Origin: an uncultured Gammaproteobacteria bacterium
GTDB lineage: Bacteria > Patescibacteriota > Patescibacteriia > SG8-24
DNA length: 64,000 bases
Reading direction: 5' to 3'
NCBI GenBank assembly: GCA_964486995.1
Contig: CAZAOV010000007.1
Coordinates: 699-64,698 of the forward strand
The translations under genes and the position numbers were made by a program. The notes beneath the pieces were generated by a model. The model worked only from the letters and a program-made list of their open reading frames with translations, made no database searches and was not told the DNA's origin. Within the stretch, counting starts at the first letter, position 1; the number at the start of each line of letters is the position of its first letter. Positions 59,227 through 64,000 of this stretch are shown in pieces.

Positions 59227-59937
59227 ATGACCGATAACATAGGAAAAATCGTCCTTCTGCAGACTCGGGATTCTCTTGAATCATCTGAACGCGAGGTGCG
59301 GGCGGTGCTGAATACCACCTGCCTGGCGCCGGACAGGCTGCGGGCGGTTAATATTCTCCGGGGCGACCATACCGTCACACCTTTGGTTGGTGCTGCCGCT
59401 CTAATAATAGGCGGCTCCGGCTATTCAGTTTTTGAGGATATGCCCAAGCTCGACGAGCTGGTCGAAGTGGTGGTTGAGGCGCGCGAACGCGGCGTGCCCA
59501 TGTTCGGTATTTGTTTCGGCATTCAGTTAATCGCTCATGCATTTGGTGGGCACGTGGTTCGCGATTACGGCAATCGTGAACGCGGCACGTTTGATATCGA
59601 GCTCACTGATAAGGGAAAGCTGGATCCGTTGTTCTGCTCTTTGCCTATGCGTTTTCCGACACAGCAATCGCATCAAGACAAAGTCGTTTTGTTGCCGGAA
59701 GACGCGCGCTTGCTTGCTTCGTCCGAACGTTGCGCAGTGCAAGCGTTTGCAATGCCCGGCCGGATTTATGGCGTACAGTTTCATCCGGAGCGCACCAAGG
59801 AGGAAATGGAAGCGATCTTCACTCATCGCACTCACGAAATGGCGAACACTGTGGATGTAGTCTCGCCAGGCGGCGTGCCATTCCGCGAATCACCACACGC
59901 CTCGTCGATACTACGACGCTTTGTCGAAACGCTCTAG
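59227..59937 (+). CDS. Class I glutamine amidotransferase-like protein
   Basis: GICFGIQLIAHAFGG (nucleophile Cys elbow) ... VQFHPE catalytic His/Glu. Confidence 0.65.
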   Translation: MTDNIGKIVLLQTRDSLESSEREVRAVLNTTCLAPDRLRAVNILRGDHTVTPLVGAAALIIGGSGYSVFEDMPKLDELVEVVVEARERGVPMFGICFGIQLIAHAFGGHVVRDYGNRERGTFDIELTDKGKLDPLFCSLPMRFPTQQSHQDKVVLLPEDARLLASSERCAVQAFAMPGRIYGVQFHPERTKEEMEAIFTHRTHEMANTVDVVSPGGVPFRESPHASSILRRFVETL

Positions 59938-60308
59938 CTTCAGGCGTACAGGGTTATGGTTCCGGGATAGAGTCAAAATTATAACCCTTTTTATGGAGCG
60001 GCACTGACAATAGAATTGTGATCCCCTACTCACAATGATATACTCCAAATGCCCCTCGCAGCGGAAAAGTTTTGGGACAAATTTTTGGCTAGGGAACCTT
60101 TATTCTCTTATCCTGTGGGGTAGGGGAGCGGGTTCCAGCGGTCGAGCCGATTCGGCGGCCGAAGTGCGGAGTGCAAGCTCTGCGCCCGAGGCTGCCGAGG
60201 CGGCAAACAGTCACCCCAACGGGTGCTGTACGGCCCGACTGGGTAATAGCCAAAACTTGCCTGCTCGTGGGGCAACCAAAAACGCCGGCATTCGCTGGCG
60301 TTTTTGCA

Positions 60309-60382
60309 TGGTCGGGCTGGAGAGAATCGAACTCTCGACTCACGCACCCCATGCGCGTGTATTACCATTATACTACAGCCCG
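60309..60382 (-). tRNA. tRNA-Pro (anticodon GGG) with encoded CCA
   Basis: Manual fold of the reverse complement: acceptor CGGGCTG/CAGCCCG, D-arm GTAT-AATGGTA-ATAC, anticodon stem CGCGC/GCGTG with loop ATGGGGT, T-arm GAGAG-TTCGATT-CTCTC, discriminator A, CCA. Confidence 0.8.
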
Positions 60383-60427
60383 GCTTAGCAGTGATTAAAC
60401 ACTTTCAGCCTAAATAAATCAAGGTGG

Positions 60428-60471
60428 TTTTTTGCCTGTCTATACTTTTCCAAGTATAGACAGGCAAAAAA
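60428..60471. repeat. Hairpin family 2, copy 2: perfect 20 bp stem TTTTTTGCCTGTCTATACTT-TTCC-AAGTATAGACAGGCAAAAAA
   Basis: Shares the core with 46514..46554; lies between tRNA-Pro and the rpmB terminator. Confidence 0.6.
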
Positions 60472-60508
60472 CCGCCCTAGCTAGCGGCGGTTTTTGTTGA
60501 TTCATTCC

Positions 60509-60706
60509 TTAGGCCGTCTGCGGCACCTTTTGCTCCTGCTTCTTGGTTAGTGTCTTTAGGCAACGGGTGCAAACCTTCGCCTTAACACCTTCAATTCGCT
60601 TGGTCTGGAGATTAACGTGCTGCTCACGCTTGGTGGCAACATTGGAATGACTGCGGTTGTTCGCGCGGTTGGAGCCGCGGCCGCAAGCATCACAAATTCG
60701 CGACAT
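60509..60706 (-). CDS. rpmB: 50S ribosomal protein L28
   Basis: MSRICDACGRGSNRANNRSHSNVATKREQHVNLQ... matches L28. The ORF track extends upstream to 60880, but the L28 start is the internal Met. Terminator AAAAACCGCC-GCTAGCTAG-GGCGGTTTTTT on the minus strand. Confidence 0.85.
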   Translation of the reverse strand: MSRICDACGRGSNRANNRSHSNVATKREQHVNLQTKRIEGVKAKVCTRCLKTLTKKQEQKVPQTA

Positions 60707-60788
60707 AATTTCAGGGTTTTTCATTAACGGCGGTAGAATAGCACGCCTGCCTATTTTTGGCAAGAACCGCACCTTAAACCGTTGACAT

Positions 60789-61505
60789 TTGACTCTCGAC
60801 ACGCGATGTATTAAATGTAACAATGTTTTTACTGCTGAAACCGTAATTAATAGATTTGTGGACTTCACTTTCATCATCATTTCATTGCTCGCCTTATACG
60901 TATCACTTACGGTACATGAGTTTAGTCATGCGCTTTTGGCGTTCGTACAAGGCGATACTACAGCACAGCGAATGGGGCGGCTCACGCTCAACCCACTCTC
61001 GCACATCGATCCAATCGGTACAGTACTGGTGCCGCTACTGGGCGCGATGTCCGGTTTTCCGCTTATCGGTTGGGCTAAGCCGGTGCCGTTTAATCCTTAC
61101 AACCTGAGTAAGGGCGGCAAGTGGGGTTCGGTTTATGTGGCGCTCGCCGGTCCAATTTCCAATTTTATCATGGCACTGGTGTTTCTGGTGCTGTTGCGCA
61201 TCATGGTGTCGGTACTGCACATGAGTTTTGACAATCTGTTCGTGATGTTCCTCACCTTGCTCGTGATGATTAATGTCGTGTTGGGGATCTTCAATTTGAT
61301 TCCGGTGCCGCCGCTAGACGGCAGCAAATTAATGCACGCCCTACTCGATGACCCGAAATATCGCAATTTTCTCATCACTATGGAGACGCGCGGACCGATG
61401 ATTCTGATGGTGCTCATCTTGGTTGATTTCATGTTGCCGGTTTCCATTTTGGGTACAGTGTTTCACACAGCGCTTAGCGTGGTGTTCAGGTTGGGTGGAC
61501 TTTAA
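60789..61505 (+). CDS. M50-family (site-2 protease-like) intramembrane zinc metalloprotease
   Basis: HEFSHAL HExxH motif within a TM helix, plus further TM helices. The real start is probably the in-frame GTG near 60858 (VDFTFIIISLLAL...). Confidence 0.6.
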   Translation: MTLDTRCIKCNNVFTAETVINRFVDFTFIIISLLALYVSLTVHEFSHALLAFVQGDTTAQRMGRLTLNPLSHIDPIGTVLVPLLGAMSGFPLIGWAKPVPFNPYNLSKGGKWGSVYVALAGPISNFIMALVFLVLLRIMVSVLHMSFDNLFVMFLTLLVMINVVLGIFNLIPVPPLDGSKLMHALLDDPKYRNFLITMETRGPMILMVLILVDFMLPVSILGTVFHTALSVVFRLGGL

Positions 61506-61539
61506 AAAATTGTAGGGGCAGAGCCTGTCTCTGCCCGGT

Positions 61540-61941
61540 TTGGCAAGCGCGTACTTCCATGGGCAGAGGCGGGCCCTGCCGCCCCCCTGCATTGGAGGAA
61601 ATATGAACTGCGATGGACGGTCACTGGGTCGGCATATTCGTTCTCTAATCAAAGAGGCACAGGAAGTATTCCTCTGGAATCATCTTGCGCTCGGCGTGAC
61701 CGTGCGTGCAGACGATAAGGACGGCGAATTAATTTCGGTTCGTTTTGCCGGCAAAACTCGTCAGGAAATGCGCGCCGAATTACTCGACGCCATGGTTGAG
61801 CTCATGGATCGGCATCCAGCAGAGAATTTTAGTTTCCGAGTTGATATCGACTATGGCGATTTCGGCAACACACTTCTCGGCACCTGGTCGCAGGCCATGT
61901 ATTATTCCGTTAAGCCTTGGTGGGCGCACTCGAACCGTTAA
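61540..61941 (+). CDS. Hypothetical protein (likely start MNCDGRSL ~61603)
   Basis: ORF followed by terminator CACCT-ATTACG-AGGTG-GTTTTCTTTTT. Confidence 0.4.
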   Translation: MASAYFHGQRRALPPPCIGGNMNCDGRSLGRHIRSLIKEAQEVFLWNHLALGVTVRADDKDGELISVRFAGKTRQEMRAELLDAMVELMDRHPAENFSFRVDIDYGDFGNTLLGTWSQAMYYSVKPWWAHSNR

Positions 61942-62033
61942 CGCACATACCACCTATTACGAGGTGGTTTTCTTTTTGCCGATTTAGATGATAACGTCCG
62001 AAAGACAATCGCACTTTCAAAAAGGAGTCTCGA

Positions 62034-63347
62034 ATGCAGTTTCCGATACCGAAGGTAGCGACGCTGTCGAACGGTATCCGCGTCGTGCTGATGTGCAGTA
62101 CCGACACCGCAGCGGTTAAGGTGAAGGCGCAATACGTCGTGGGTTCGCGGCATGAGCCGGATACCCACTCTGGTATCTCGCATTTTATCGAGCATATGGT
62201 TTGGAGGGGGTGCGCCAAGTGGCCTGAGGGCCAGGACTTGTACCGTGCGCTCGACGCGCTCGGTGCGGAATCTAACGCATATACCGACCGCGAGGATACG
62301 GCGTACTGGATAAAACTGCTCGGTGATCAATTGCCGTTTGCGATTGAAGTGCTGGCCGATATATTAATTCGGCCACGTTTCAATGCGCAGCATATGGAAA
62401 CCGAACGCTCGGTCATTCTGTCCGAGGCTCAAGGCCGGCGTGATGACAAGACCATTCGGTGCTATGACTTGATGTATAACAGCATGTACCCGATGAGTGG
62501 GCTCGGCGGGAATATCATCGGCTCTGACGAAACGATTAACTCGATTGACAGACGCATATTGCGGAGCTATTGGAGACAGCATTACGTCGCCGACAACATG
62601 ATAATGGTGTTGAGCGGTCGATTCGACGAGAGTCAGGCTGTTCAGTTGTTTGAAAGTCATTTCGGCGGACAGGCAGTGCGACAGTCGGGTCGGCCTATGT
62701 TGGCGAATGATTCTGCCTCGCAACGACCGCCAGTTTCGCTCGCTGGACCGCATTTCGCGATGCTGAGACAAGAAGAAGCTCAACAGGCGTATATATCAAT
62801 CGGTTTCGAGTCGTTTGGTCGTGAACATCAGCTGGCTCCAGCGATGATGGTGCTCAGCAATATCATGGGCGACACCATGAGTTCGCGGCTTTGCATTCGT
62901 GTTCGCGATGACGCGGGAATGGCTTACTCGATCTATTCGTATCCGAGCCTGCATCGCGGCACGGGGCAGTTCGTTATCGAGGCTGGGTTGGACATGGGGC
63001 GGTTGCACGAAGCGGTTGAATTGATTCTGACCGAATTGGCTGATGTGCGGCAAAACGGCGTTACCGGGGCGGAGCTCGATGCGGCGAAGGCTAATTTACG
63101 CGGCAGTATGGCCCTCGGCTACGAAAGCGCACATGACGTGGCGGATCATTATGCCGAAGAGCTGCTGCTGTCTGACAGGCCGGAGACTCTGAACGATGAG
63201 CTGTCCAATTTCGAGGCCGTGACCGAGGAAGACGTTCAGCAAGTTGCGGATCAACTGTTCCGCGCGAGTCGTTTGCATGCCGGAGTGGTTAGTCCGTTTG
63301 ATGATTCGACGCGATTGAATGAGTTGAGCAGGATTCTCGGCAGCTAA
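62034..63347 (+). CDS. M16-family (pitrilysin/insulinase-like) zinc peptidase
   Basis: SD AAGGAG. Inverted zinc motif HFIEHMVWRG (HxxEH); 437 aa with two M16 halves. Confidence 0.8.
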   Translation: MQFPIPKVATLSNGIRVVLMCSTDTAAVKVKAQYVVGSRHEPDTHSGISHFIEHMVWRGCAKWPEGQDLYRALDALGAESNAYTDREDTAYWIKLLGDQLPFAIEVLADILIRPRFNAQHMETERSVILSEAQGRRDDKTIRCYDLMYNSMYPMSGLGGNIIGSDETINSIDRRILRSYWRQHYVADNMIMVLSGRFDESQAVQLFESHFGGQAVRQSGRPMLANDSASQRPPVSLAGPHFAMLRQEEAQQAYISIGFESFGREHQLAPAMMVLSNIMGDTMSSRLCIRVRDDAGMAYSIYSYPSLHRGTGQFVIEAGLDMGRLHEAVELILTELADVRQNGVTGAELDAAKANLRGSMALGYESAHDVADHYAEELLLSDRPETLNDELSNFEAVTEEDVQQVADQLFRASRLHAGVVSPFDDSTRLNELSRILGS

Positions 63348-63474
63348 AATTAGCGGTCTTTATGGCCGTTTTTTGTCTGTGCACACCAAGGAGCGCTTTG
63401 GGATTTTGCGTCCGGACATCGACGACGAGTGAATTAAAAACGGCCTCTATGCGAGGTCGTTTTTTACCCATCGA

Positions 63475-64000
63475 TTATTGAAATTTCACCGGAATAGTCA
63501 GCACGTCATCGTTCTCCGGAAATCCCGATGGATTGTCGCGCAGCAAACGGAGGTCACCGGTGTCGGTTGTCGGTTGCGCAAATTCGAGTTCGGCCACAAA
63601 CGGCACGAACTCCTCGGTCATCCATTCGTCCTGCGCATACGCAGTGCCGGTTGCCAGCTCATTTCCGTCCGCGTCAAGTAATCGTACCGGAAAGTCTGCC
63701 TCGAAGAACCAATACCCGCGAGCTTCACCTTCGATAAGCAGTGGACTTCGCACCACAGCGTTCGGTCGCGGGAAGTCGCAGCGGATTAATTCGATTTTAT
63801 TCATCTCGTTACCGATGTCTTCGGTGAACGTCCGGCCGTCCGTTGAACGACATCGGCGCGGATAGCTTTCCATTACCAAATTACCGGCGGCAACGCATGA
63901 CGTGAAGTCGGTAATTTTTTCTGCGGTTGGTGTTCCCCTCGGTTCAGCTTGCCGCAAAAATAAAAACGAACCGACCGCCACGACGACCAGGATTACGGTA
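63475..64000 (-). CDS. Gmad2 immunoglobulin-like domain protein, N-terminus truncated by the window edge
   Basis: C-terminal region PLLIEGEARGYWFFEADFPVRLLDADGNELATGTAYAQDEWMTEEFVPF fits the Gmad2 Ig-like domain. The reading frame stays open with a hydrophobic TM-like segment up to position 64000. Confidence 0.55.
   Translation of the reverse strand, partial: TVILVVVAVGSFLFLRQAEPRGTPTAEKITDFTSCVAAGNLVMESYPRRCRSTDGRTFTEDIGNEMNKIELIRCDFPRPNAVVRSPLLIEGEARGYWFFEADFPVRLLDADGNELATGTAYAQDEWMTEEFVPFVAELEFAQPTTDTGDLRLLRDNPSGFPENDDVLTIPVKFQ

Noticed and set aside
60035-60388. ORFs on both strands covering 60035..60398
   Set aside because: They overlap the tRNA-Pro(GGG) gene and its flanks and have no coding signal
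1-64000. CRISPR array
   Set aside because: No regularly spaced short direct repeats were found. The only periodic repeats are the 225 bp tRNA-region duplication and the in-gene protein-coding tandem repeats.

Overview
This ~53% GC window is from a bacterium whose gene content fits a CPR/Patescibacteria-like or other monoderm-like lineage. Supporting traits: RNase Y-YmdB-HU operon, archaeal-type ProRS, PilM-PilN fusion, tRNAs with encoded CCA, and many genes with no Shine-Dalgarno sequence next to others with a strong one. Part of the window is housekeeping: gyrA, rpmF, nusB, rnc, proS, hup, ymdB, rny, truB, infB, trxA, trxB, gdh, leuS, ndk, rpmB, comEC, and tRNA-Arg, tRNA-Lys and tRNA-Pro. 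The main accessory feature is a ~23 kb type IV pilus (T4P) locus from about 10.3 to 33.1 kb. In order it holds pilT, a rearranged tRNA island, a 7TM sensor histidine kinase, two receiver-only response regulators, pilB, pilC, a small pseudopilin, two giant pilin-like proteins (986 and ~1888 aa) with repeated modules, a PilX-like minor pilin, a PilM-PilN(-PilO) fusion, and two tandem major-pilin genes. The two pilin genes are identical over their first 203 bp and share a conserved 3' block but have a divergent middle. Other notable items: a pair of tandem paralogs with a CxxCxGxG zinc-knuckle N-terminus and unrelated C-termini, inserted between truB and infB; three tandem exported CxxC thioredoxin-fold paralogs of the VKOR-partner type; two more tandem paralog pairs of unknown function; two families of dispersed long perfect hairpin repeats; and a split comEC.
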